DNA of 64,000 nt from a virus. The stretch spans positions 32,001 through 96,000 of IMG/VR virus record IMGVR_UViG_3300016471_001099. The stretch is one strand, 5' to 3'. Below, in pieces: positions 19,001 to 25,618 of this stretch. The notes beneath the pieces were generated by a model. It worked only from the letters and a program-made list of their open reading frames with translations. It did no database searches and was not told the origin of the DNA. How positions within the stretch are numbered: the first letter of the stretch is position 1; each line of letters begins with the position of its first letter. Both the position numbers and the translations under genes were made by a program.

Positions 19001-22000
19001 TGGAGAATTGGACAAAATAAGTGGTTGGCGGGAATTCGGCGAGTGGCTGAAAACCAAGAAACTGGCTTTTTTCGACGTCGAGACGACCGGAATACCGAAC
19101 GGTTCGCTAGAAGCTGGACAAGCCCTGCAGGTCGCAGTGATAATGGTGGAAGACGGGAAGTTCGACAAGCCGAAACGACTCGAGATTTGGATCAATCCCG
19201 GTTCCACCCCGTTGGAACCGTGGGTTGTAAAACACATCAAGTACGACGGAAAAACCATACCCGACGCATTAAGAATGTTTCCGGAAAAATTCGAATCGCC
19301 CGAACAAGCAAAACAGAAAATAGCGGAATTCATAGGCCAAGACGCAGTCGTTTTGTCTCACAATTTTAGAAATTTTGACTCGCGAGTCTGGAGACAGCTG
19401 ATGGGGGATCATCCCACGCTGGGCTGGATTGACACCCTCGCCATAGCCAACTGGATGTTCGCCATAGATAACGAACGAGCAAAAAGCATAAACGCATTGG
19501 AACGCTCGAGCGGAAGATATTCAATGATGAATTGGTTTACGGGCTTGGTAACGATAGATCTTCCCGGGGGAAAGCGATGGGGCTCCAGGGGTAGGAAACC
19601 GGGAGTTCTGGATAGGATCGCCCGCAGAGCCACTGGGCCACTTACTTTCACCCCGGCCCTATCCAAAAAGAAAGCCGTTCCCCAGTGGTATCCAAAGACA
19701 TCTGGTTCGCAATCCAACGAAGCGTTGGCGAAATATTTCGGGATTCCGCAGGTCAAGGCACACGACGCAATGGAAGATGCATCGGTGAGTTTCCGTGCGT
19801 TGTTAGAAATTATCTCCCTCGGGGAAAAATGGGACTCGGCCAGTTTGATGTTTCGTCCGGAATGGGTCAAGTGGGTTCAGTACCAAACGGACGAACAGTA
19901 TGCGGCCGACGTTTCGACGTGGAGAAGGGCAAACGGAATAACCGACGGGCAACGGGAAACGTTGTTCGATTCTGGACCGAGCCAACAAGGGCCGACACCT
20001 CCGCCGGGACCGGGGTCTTCCGGCGGTGGCTCCAATCGGGGACCGTCCTCTGGCGGCGGAGCCGGCGACGACCAAGGTCCTCCGAACGATGGTTCGTGGT
20101 CCACCGGCGGAGATGATCCGGATCGTAGATTTTTGTATCAGACTCCGAGCGGGGTCAAGGTGTTCGAAAGTTACGGCGGTATATATTTCGAACTCACCTC
20201 GGTGTCCCCGTCGGACGGCGCCGAGCAATCCGTATTGGTCGCAAAAACGATATCCGATGCAAGATTGCAAGGATACGGATTCCAATTCCACTACGGAACG
20301 AAATCAAACGGAGAGCCGGCTCGCTACAGGCTCCTCTCGTTGGAGGTTGTTCCGAGGAGCGACGTTACCGAATCTCAGGCGAGACAAATGGGAGTATCCG
20401 GTTGGGAACTTCACGGAATAGACGCAGCCGACGGAAAACTAAAACGTTTTGAATTTTCGCTTTTGAATACGGGTGAGGCCGAAGGCCCAAAGACCAGCAA
20501 TATGACCGAATTGCCGCTTTTCGTTTACGGGGATCCGATTTCTCGCACTTACGGCGTGGTGGGAGACGGTGCGCCAAGAACTCCGCTTCAGTATGCAGAT
20601 TATGCGAGAAGGGTCGCCTACAACAGGGGCAGATCCGACGACGGCCCGTCGGCCGGAATGTCGGGTCTGACCAACAGGGACGGGGTAACCAATTCGACCG
20701 ATTATTGGACGGCCAACGAAAACGACTACGAAATGGTCAGAATGACCGATGCACAACTCGTTTCCAGACTGTCTTCGGACAGGACGAGGTTCGAAAACCT
20801 ATTCCACGCCGGGCCGGGCGAAAACGTTTCGGCATCGAAAGTTCTCGACTCGGTGGCGGCGGCCAACAGGATAATGAGACTAAGGTCGAATGATTCGGTA
20901 GACAACAACGGTTTTACTGTCGCCCTGTCTCGTTCGGGATACAAACTTTCTGGTTCTTTCTCTCCTCCGCCGGGGGTCATGGACGGAAGTTACGTTCTTC
21001 CGTCTTCGTACGTTGCGACGAGGTCGGAGATGGCGAAAAACGCAAAACTTTCCATGATGCTCGATTTTTCTATCGCAAACGGAGGACTAAGAAACGCTGT
21101 AGAAAGGGCGAGCAGATTGTCGAGAATTCCGGCAAGAGAATTGATCGGAAGGATCGCCGCGCACGATTACCCAACCTACGCCGATGAGACCTACTACAGA
21201 AAATTCCGCAACGCATCCGAATTAATATCCGGAGGGACGGAAACCCCGTCTTCGCTCGGACTACTGATAGATCCATCGTCGGATCCGAGAACGGCGGCGA
21301 TACTGACGGATAGAGCGGCGATGATTCTCGGCGTAAATACCCTCGGATATACGGGTGTTTTTGCGAGGGGCGGAAGAAATTATTCGCAAATGGAAACGTC
21401 GGACCTGATGAACGAATTCAACGAATCCGTTTCCGATCTTTTCTCGTTCGATCATTCGGGTAGGTACGAAACGCCGGAATTCAGAATAAAGGCGGATGCC
21501 ACCAGGGATTCGCTGAGAAAAATTTCCGACGAAATGAGAAACAGATATTTCTCCTCGCTTCCCGAGGCGGCGCCGTCGTCTTCGGTTTCGGACGAGGCAG
21601 AAGCGGGCATGAGTTCCGGAAACTCTCCTTTCGGGGAAGCGGACGGACTGCCGATACTCAGCGGTTCAAAGTGGTTGGACGCCCGCCTCCACGCCATATA
21701 CGGGGACGTCGAATACGAGAAACAAGCGGCCAAATTCGGCGACAGATTCAGGACGTTGCCTCAAAGAAACTGGGACTCCCCGACCGACGACGACCTAGTT
21801 GATGTCTACCACTACGCCACGATGCTCCATCACGATGCCCTAATAGAGGAGTTGACCAGAAGAAACGAGAGGTCGGATATGGTCGACTTTGTGTCCAGCG
21901 ACCCGGTGGACAACGGATCTATTGCCGTCATGGACAAAGTGTCGGATTTTTCCGGAGCGCCGAAACAACGCATCGGCGAATTGATTTTGCGCGGCAGGGA

Positions 22001-23753
22001 CGTCGCCGTAACCAGACGCTTGGCGGCCATGGACCCGTTCGCCAGGGCGGAGGAAATGGACGCAATCAGGCGCAGGAAAGCGTTCGCAAGATTGATAGAG
22101 GACAAAAAGCGGGAACTCGGGGACGATTTTGCCGCGTGGCTAGCCGCCCAATCCATAAAAGGCGAATCCGAGACTAGAACCGGAAGGCGACGCTCGGAAT
22201 TCGAGGATTTGATCGGTTCGTCCGGTGGAGGATTCTTCGACGAAACTCCAGGCGAAGCCATGGACGGTCTTTCCGACCATATGGGAATGGAAAGGGACGA
22301 ATCGGACGGCGACGACACGGAGGCGGGAATGGCGGGCAGGCGCCCCTTCATACGTCAGCGCTACGACGTGAAACCCGTGGACGGGGGATTCGTGATAATA
22401 GACCTAGACAATAGGAACGCCGTTTCTAGCAGGGTTTTCAAAGATAAGCGCGAGGCGCTACGCGGTGCGGCCAAGATGGACAGAGGGGACAGAAGTTTTG
22501 ATCCGTTCGCAAGTCCGCAACCGACGCCGCCACCAAGAACGATATCCGAAGCGATCGCATCGGACCCGGCCGCGCCAAAACCAAAAGATTCGAGCGAAGC
22601 CCAACCGAGTTTGTTCGACGACAACGGGGACCCAAACGTCGGAATGTCCTCCGGCTCCTTGCCGAACAGGCTCAGATTTTCTCCGAGGAAGAGAACCGAG
22701 GAGCGAATAAGCAGGGACAACGTAAGGACCGCAATGACGGAGTACGAGACTGGAAGGGCATCCATCCCGTATCCGTCACCGGAAGACGTGCCGGTATCGA
22801 GACTAATGGGCGGATACGCCGCCGCGGATTCTTCGCTTCACACAGTCATCGGACGATTGGAGCAAATAGCATCGGCGCCCGACGACGACGCTCCGGGCGC
22901 AGAAACGAGGGACGAAATAACTCGTCTCATCTCGAACATGGAAAAATTGCAAAAACGCAGAAACTATTTCTACAACCAGCTGAGAGACCGACTGGATAGC
23001 TCGGATCCCGCATACCAGACGCTGGAGGGGTGGCACGCGGAAAGAGCCGGATTGGACAGGGAATCCACGACTCGTTTCGGCTCCGGAAATTTGCCCGGTT
23101 ACGTTTTGCCTTCGGGGTTGGGGAGATACGGTCTATCCGATTCGCAGATATCACCGAAATACTCGAACCAGTCCGGCGACGCCGCGTTCCTCGAGAACAT
23201 GATCAGCGATGCGATAGGCGAGTATTCGTCCGATTTCTCCGTTCCCAAGGAGGAAGAGTATTACATCCGCTCGGAAATGAATCGAGTGTTGCGTTCCATC
23301 CAGAACGACGTGAGCGAAATGTCCAGGAAAAACAGGGATTCCGTAATGAAATTCGGACAGAGATCGGCGAGAATCGGAGCTCAGACGATAGTTGCGGCGT
23401 CTCGAATTTCCACCGGAGAAGACGTGAGGAAAGCGATACTTTCGGCCGGATTGAAGAAAATGATGCAGGACGGAGGAGCAAGATTAGGCCTCGCCTACTT
23501 GATAAACGCAGTGGACGTGGGACTAATAACTCAGTCCGACGCCAAAACGATGCTGAGGAATGCCAAGTCTTCGTCGGACGTCGTCGCCGAAAGGATCAGC
23601 AAAGCTCAGAGCATGACGGCAAGGAGTCAGATGTCCAGAATGATTTCCGACATGTCGGGGACATCCAGTGGCAGAAAGTCTTCCGAAAGGGGAATTTCCG
23701 ATAAGCGTCTGTCAATGATTACCGAAACGCTTTCTTCGGAGCTAGTCAAGTAA
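10017..23753 (+). CDS. 4578-aa giant protein: HK97-type prohead protease, DUF6321-like domain, then AGM-delimited modules (HTHs, ART-like, WYL-like, DEDDh exonuclease)
   Basis: Residues 1-175 carry protease motifs D..GD, WGHD...PIG, WSIGY, LYEVSPV..GAN. KGGLTAAGRAHF...GANLKPGV is DUF6321-like (from memory). FFDVETTG...SHN..FD...DTL...HDAMED marks the exonuclease. 11 xGM linker sites. Confidence 0.85.
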   Translation: MTNEQVSQEADYLYKSLNAQFNIDEAQGIVEAFVAGIGNKDSVGDICLPGCFTSSLKRRKPRVVWGHDWNSPIGKVLEIYEVGPNDPRLPAKMRKAGIGGLYARVQFNLKAEKGKEAFANVSFFGMEQEWSIGYKTLDAVFDPVQTANLLKEVELYEVSPVLHGANQLTGTISIKADSVEAETKEKAASKPVLRDPKGGLTAAGRAHFKRTEGANLKPGVKGPADTPEKMRRKGSFLTRFFTNPSGPMKKPNGEPTRLALSAAAWGEPVPKDASDAAKLAAKGRRLLERYENTKKKKKDDSDSVESKNHVAAIYAAMTSPQNEVFGRASQLTRALATRFGGPVRLVTADNDIAVFEMGAGDSTETMRVAYHYDGDEFMFGTAQKVKPETVYIPVNDSNAGQIQNGVAMGISAVEDKPGSHCCPGCAHGGNCDATVALGNNENPKIAFLKLKSLGDQLDFKVVPVDGGFVLQGFGFLTEEAQNYVIGKIENEPEQKLLNPVGSLARRTIGVPNARASFNIDTNPFTARDADLDKLVLEGNPLVNLGRGIPDPTPFGAPDIPAVGKPGVPERYVPNVGGRRPIAPRMPAVPEPDEIPEPAREPNKQPKPERTPVTPRRPNREPVPAPAPPEREPVTEPSVPQPEREPVPVPRRPEREPTRPTVPVPPRRPVPVGRASNEDFAIAAMGGGRRTPKELADELAQLDSSDRPSRQTRQRRVRDAGIDQMRRLALLDDAEAGMSGPYGEGRKYEEIDSLIESPALDGDRTLHLDPSTGKIYVADPIEREYLSSRFGNDYFLENAYMDEWDWDEIDNVGYDDMGNLVRRSPTGDEIIFSREQFGSTGTDAGMASRKTSRSESADLGRKIWLERTHDRISLEEAGRRNGITRQEARQLELRHQKYLRDLGVDHPNRVLRSKVDDPSVGLTDAEKDLLRRRLDGELLQEAADRLRTDRYAVRRMEQLALAKMRNGMAGDETSAGMAARSGGRAVEADRPKARRAKGPVSRRKRNAVDPTFLQILDSLKDSGPTNITSRQRIRLASMMRLRTAIQNKINYMLATDARKRRLSNLGPEIEDLNKGIRGPFESLAEAARLATGRPSDLVSSVMKTANGDHDPLDLDGSINVQVFEAMLSTGGDVAAVARTMGMDEEVVKIRTNAHAMRVLASSRPAKMRIHRRIEEMGDKLTSKEKIMLRMWINGASNLDIAEKLGSGMDEKSVISSRSAALKKIGIDVDSPELTSKIVSGRIFYDEHGLFFGLTDEAGRTTYNRIGDGPSAGMAKRSTSVVEADFGDGRREYAVSRVVARDRSSGNEESVMLMPLRGDDETTVSALVGKALLGDDSRGFNLEFPATLTKSGGRIVAVSDGRGKAVPYYGERAFDPGEPVVMDGPLRSARARARKISALRENDTASRIKTGQDVIGSEARYSNLVKAMDRLVSTGDWIGGDLGVTGRVPDADTMLRYGIDADVDGSPIVPSNSSREQFVLRQAEWFLERNPNATAEELDSFVEQANEARINQISRKIDLAGKELARVTHARDSMEARRAQNVVDLETLDPEIARALSAETAFISGLSGTEMDSSGISQGADGFVYAVHKGPDRLAGGVLDPSRSVGRARNAIDVAGQGDTRGANRIYVDRFVQSANAESEMAKLADDLLASVSRGDRSISVAPAIRASLASYSPLMARVMNGEGYFNLENFDEARRSAIALEIGKFASLRKERSERYGKIMESLRKHGGKNMDQILSAEADPISALLSTNFYGRYADDDLPEDVVAFKPGFVDNLTRRWDPLDEEMLRRWDSTGSLRGGAFLTVGREDSEIVRGGLLGPTSEAQIVAPLKPLIGVSTPVSVLSDDSESRALVSALGPAIVARAIKMHKRDGFVDVETVLTDPDLAPSGFSYAETEAEAGMAAFEPRRPILDERGRLDPVLTRDEAIADDRDERASEGGQIGRLLVPQSSSVFVEAPPNDLTPETRRAQWAVGYTDSVADVMPELGYPQRMVHVVSPSALPPDNTKFPVGDEGQLLMLDQEPIDFLAQALNDVNGLTRAEKEAQREALGDRGFDTEADPDSDFTPIERSPIYLVVETVNEPDLQGPGYDGRRRTRIVRVREIPRMRLSMRADDDQPGGGPYWRSLDAEAVARGEPGRTTTEGLGFLDLLIDVDPNWDGDLVDDTRVVRVKPENIVGRIVSESELWNTSRITREIYLGEGARTATYRRPISRFGDETEAGMTTTKRGMDLVARTNKYRPSEDGEYVIPESVMPRRDQDRMFEIARTISSGEFDPLDWRTEGELAALLEKAENVFPIKPTRRHPHHDDERLGRLYDVTRARNGFVYPLYRNREATMNFNFGQLLSFDPNTSVYSYLDGVNPEVYYFPVRIGRTTYGADDFSYHPASRIGYVRLMQDKKGHYYEMRKWNHPNNSDPNSYGSAINWTDDGDSFKLIEEEGKFHLSRNKTLDDRLGFLGDSPQKILAEIARRAPTYPSGETSFWDLAMRETPSFDGDGYPTRRRTGYAELPGTPTVTESTDMNGLRLLIDAANRDGVGLKLSVVAGFRPGEKSYSRVTDSEVFMPRLARGEIDPTTREFVSDPDGMDHLIGFDSSGTAIAHELSEVLMNNETNPSSPRRSVDHFPDYEDGVTEAGMSAPIDRYVRTTEPTRDDEGTSEGRREVQIVDLPSTQSARNGGNYDDSPASVIAAAVDKVRAMDSDAGADFNDEKHGLTFSYPSSIKGTTGKKELRNRTLINPIVVYGEYDPETNETYILATDETGVTRLVPMSKVDLKAMVAGDPNAGDHSGNPDVQDGTYATYVVGEEIVGGKTQTRIFNTERMKPVLGSPRTTSVVDDQGAPTGRSERIVTQPRPTTTDAESAPSIEASDSDDPFFLQHMEPPRPQAFNAQTTMPVGDGDVQLFPGTDKPTAWEVAKGLAAGDPKAILARKADEMMLWDKIRKGMQKWLKPWGKHESKIIKDESGAPVINPANGLPFYRSPYRKPWTPWGNPLDENGKELSDGIRGELDKISGWREFGEWLKTKKLAFFDVETTGIPNGSLEAGQALQVAVIMVEDGKFDKPKRLEIWINPGSTPLEPWVVKHIKYDGKTIPDALRMFPEKFESPEQAKQKIAEFIGQDAVVLSHNFRNFDSRVWRQLMGDHPTLGWIDTLAIANWMFAIDNERAKSINALERSSGRYSMMNWFTGLVTIDLPGGKRWGSRGRKPGVLDRIARRATGPLTFTPALSKKKAVPQWYPKTSGSQSNEALAKYFGIPQVKAHDAMEDASVSFRALLEIISLGEKWDSASLMFRPEWVKWVQYQTDEQYAADVSTWRRANGITDGQRETLFDSGPSQQGPTPPPGPGSSGGGSNRGPSSGGGAGDDQGPPNDGSWSTGGDDPDRRFLYQTPSGVKVFESYGGIYFELTSVSPSDGAEQSVLVAKTISDARLQGYGFQFHYGTKSNGEPARYRLLSLEVVPRSDVTESQARQMGVSGWELHGIDAADGKLKRFEFSLLNTGEAEGPKTSNMTELPLFVYGDPISRTYGVVGDGAPRTPLQYADYARRVAYNRGRSDDGPSAGMSGLTNRDGVTNSTDYWTANENDYEMVRMTDAQLVSRLSSDRTRFENLFHAGPGENVSASKVLDSVAAANRIMRLRSNDSVDNNGFTVALSRSGYKLSGSFSPPPGVMDGSYVLPSSYVATRSEMAKNAKLSMMLDFSIANGGLRNAVERASRLSRIPARELIGRIAAHDYPTYADETYYRKFRNASELISGGTETPSSLGLLIDPSSDPRTAAILTDRAAMILGVNTLGYTGVFARGGRNYSQMETSDLMNEFNESVSDLFSFDHSGRYETPEFRIKADATRDSLRKISDEMRNRYFSSLPEAAPSSSVSDEAEAGMSSGNSPFGEADGLPILSGSKWLDARLHAIYGDVEYEKQAAKFGDRFRTLPQRNWDSPTDDDLVDVYHYATMLHHDALIEELTRRNERSDMVDFVSSDPVDNGSIAVMDKVSDFSGAPKQRIGELILRGRDVAVTRRLAAMDPFARAEEMDAIRRRKAFARLIEDKKRELGDDFAAWLAAQSIKGESETRTGRRRSEFEDLIGSSGGGFFDETPGEAMDGLSDHMGMERDESDGDDTEAGMAGRRPFIRQRYDVKPVDGGFVIIDLDNRNAVSSRVFKDKREALRGAAKMDRGDRSFDPFASPQPTPPPRTISEAIASDPAAPKPKDSSEAQPSLFDDNGDPNVGMSSGSLPNRLRFSPRKRTEERISRDNVRTAMTEYETGRASIPYPSPEDVPVSRLMGGYAAADSSLHTVIGRLEQIASAPDDDAPGAETRDEITRLISNMEKLQKRRNYFYNQLRDRLDSSDPAYQTLEGWHAERAGLDRESTTRFGSGNLPGYVLPSGLGRYGLSDSQISPKYSNQSGDAAFLENMISDAIGEYSSDFSVPKEEEYYIRSEMNRVLRSIQNDVSEMSRKNRDSVMKFGQRSARIGAQTIVAASRISTGEDVRKAILSAGLKKMMQDGGARLGLAYLINAVDVGLITQSDAKTMLRNAKSSSDVVAERISKAQSMTARSQMSRMISDMSGTSSGRKSSERGISDKRLSMITETLSSELVK
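11760..12030 (+). repeat. Pro/Glu/Arg-rich degenerate repeats (PEREPVP-like linker)
   Basis: Recurrent (P/R)(E/N)REP(V/T/N) units in translation. Confidence 0.7.
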
Positions 23754-23804
23754 TTATTGTTGTTGCATTTGAATACGAACAATTCTTCTACAATTGGAGA
23801 GATT

Positions 23805-25400
23805 ATGAAATTTCTGCGCCAACACCAAGTCAAGTCGCTTGCCTCCGAATATCAAATCGTCATGGGCGAACTGGACCAATTGGAAGAGGACGAACCCAAC
23901 GACGACTACGTCCTCTCCATTCCCACTCCGGATCTTTTTTACGCAAAGTCGGCGATAGACGAAGTGCTGTCCGCCTACGACATGAGCTCGAGCGCCATCG
24001 ACGGCGGAATAGTTTTACACGATGCAAAAACGATCGGTCCATCGCTGGTGGGGGAACTCAAAACCGCGATTTTTGATCTATCGCAAAAGGCCTTGGGGGC
24101 GACGATCGGCGGTGCCGGAGGGGGAGGTGGAGGAGGAGCCAGCTCCTCAGACATGATAGACAGGGACGGCGACGGATACATATTCGACGGAACTCCTCAG
24201 GAGCAAAGAGTCCCCTACAAGCGTCGCGACGGAAAACCAGTGGGTGGCGGAGCGCCGACGGGGATGGAGGCGCGACGCAGACAATTCGTGCGCGGGGAAG
24301 CCGCCAGACAGGGCGTACAACTCAACAGGGGTCCGCAACGTTCGGAACAAGAAAGACGTTTCAGGACCGAGGCAAGAGCAAGATTCGACAGAATCGCCCT
24401 GGAGGGTCAGGGCTTCATCCCGGCGGACAGAATCGAAGCCGGTGATAAGCGCAATTTCGAGAATCGCATGGGCGACGTCAACGCCGGAAGAGTGGACGAC
24501 CAAGGCAGAAGCGGTTTTGGTTACGGGGGCGAAAGGGACACCTCGTTCGAGGACAACGAAAATCGCCGACAGCAAGGGTTGCGCGACACGTCTTTCGAGG
24601 ACAACGAAGAGCGCAGGCAAGAAGGAATGCGCCCAGCGGACACTTCTTCGCAGCGTGCCGAAGATGCACGAAATAGGGGTAAGCGACCGCAGCGTCCAGT
24701 TGATCGACTTAGCGGCGCGGGCGGACCAGGTTATGACGAATCGTTCAATAGAAATGAAACTCGCCGACAGCAAGGAATGCGTCCGGCGGATACGTCAAAC
24801 CAAAGAGCGGAAGAAGCCCGTCAGGGAGCTGCCAGACCGCAGCGTCCAGTTGATCGCCTCGGCGGTGCAGGTGGACCGGGTTACGACGAATCGTTCAATA
24901 GAAATGAAACTCGCCGACAACAGGGAATGCGTCCGGCCGATACGTCAAACCAGAGAGCTGAAGACGCAAGAAACAGGGATAGGAGGCCGCAACGACCGGT
25001 GGATAGATTGCCGGGAGCGGGAGGCCCCGGATACGACGAATCATTCGGTAGAAACGAATCTCGCCGACAACAGGGAATGCGTCCTGCGGACACGTCAAAC
25101 CAGAGGGCCGAAACCGCTCGCCAAAGGGGCGCCAGACCGCAAAGACCGGTTGATCGACTTAGTGGTTCCGGTTCGCGTAGGGTCGACAATTCAAACGAAA
25201 CTGCGGAATCAAATCGCATGAATCGGTCGCGTCCCGCCGATAGGTCTTTTGAAAGAAACGAATCTTCCAGGCAGAGTCGCAGTGCCAGAAATACAAGAGA
25301 GCTTCAGAAAAGACCCGTTGATCGGATCAACACGGCTGGAACGAGACCGAGGAAATTCCCGCGTGGCCGAAGCGATTATTACTACGGTGGCAATCCGTAA
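23805..25400 (+). CDS. Repeat-rich hydrophilic protein with a DRDGDGxxxDGT motif
   Basis: SD GGAGA before ATG 23805; motif DMIDRDGDGYIFDGTPQEQ; C-terminal half consists of tandem repeats. Confidence 0.75.
   Translation: MKFLRQHQVKSLASEYQIVMGELDQLEEDEPNDDYVLSIPTPDLFYAKSAIDEVLSAYDMSSSAIDGGIVLHDAKTIGPSLVGELKTAIFDLSQKALGATIGGAGGGGGGGASSSDMIDRDGDGYIFDGTPQEQRVPYKRRDGKPVGGGAPTGMEARRRQFVRGEAARQGVQLNRGPQRSEQERRFRTEARARFDRIALEGQGFIPADRIEAGDKRNFENRMGDVNAGRVDDQGRSGFGYGGERDTSFEDNENRRQQGLRDTSFEDNEERRQEGMRPADTSSQRAEDARNRGKRPQRPVDRLSGAGGPGYDESFNRNETRRQQGMRPADTSNQRAEEARQGAARPQRPVDRLGGAGGPGYDESFNRNETRRQQGMRPADTSNQRAEDARNRDRRPQRPVDRLPGAGGPGYDESFGRNESRRQQGMRPADTSNQRAETARQRGARPQRPVDRLSGSGSRRVDNSNETAESNRMNRSRPADRSFERNESSRQSRSARNTRELQKRPVDRINTAGTRPRKFPRGRSDYYYGGNP
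24621..25170 (+). repeat. 150-bp (50-aa) tandem repeat, about 3.7 copies
   Basis: xxGGAATGC recurs at 24621, 24771, 24921 and 25071. Unit: RRQQGMRPADTSNQRAEEARQGAARPQRPVDRLGGAGGPGYDESFNRNET. Confidence 0.92.
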
Positions 25401-25414
25401 AGGTCAATCGATAA

Positions 25415-25618
25415 ATGAAACCTAGTTCTGGAGGTGGGTACACCCGTGGCAACCGTGTTATGGGTTATGATAAACCTGCACAAAATAACGGAGCTAAATT
25501 CAAATATCACTGCATAGCAACTGGCGAAAAACGCCAGTTTCCGTGCGGAAGTTGCGGCAACCACAAGGCTTGCCTCACCTCGACAATGCAATACAAGGAG
25601 CGAAAACATGGAACCTGA
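25415..25618 (+). CDS. Small Cys-rich protein (possible Zn finger)
   Basis: YHC..GEKRQFPCGSC...KAC; overlaps the start of the next gene. The start could be ATG 25460. Confidence 0.6.
   Translation: MKPSSGGGYTRGNRVMGYDKPAQNNGAKFKYHCIATGEKRQFPCGSCGNHKACLTSTMQYKERKHGT

Noticed and set aside
24621-25170. 150-bp repeats as a CRISPR array or non-coding repeat
   Set aside because: The repeats are in frame, have no unique spacers, and differ mainly at synonymous positions.
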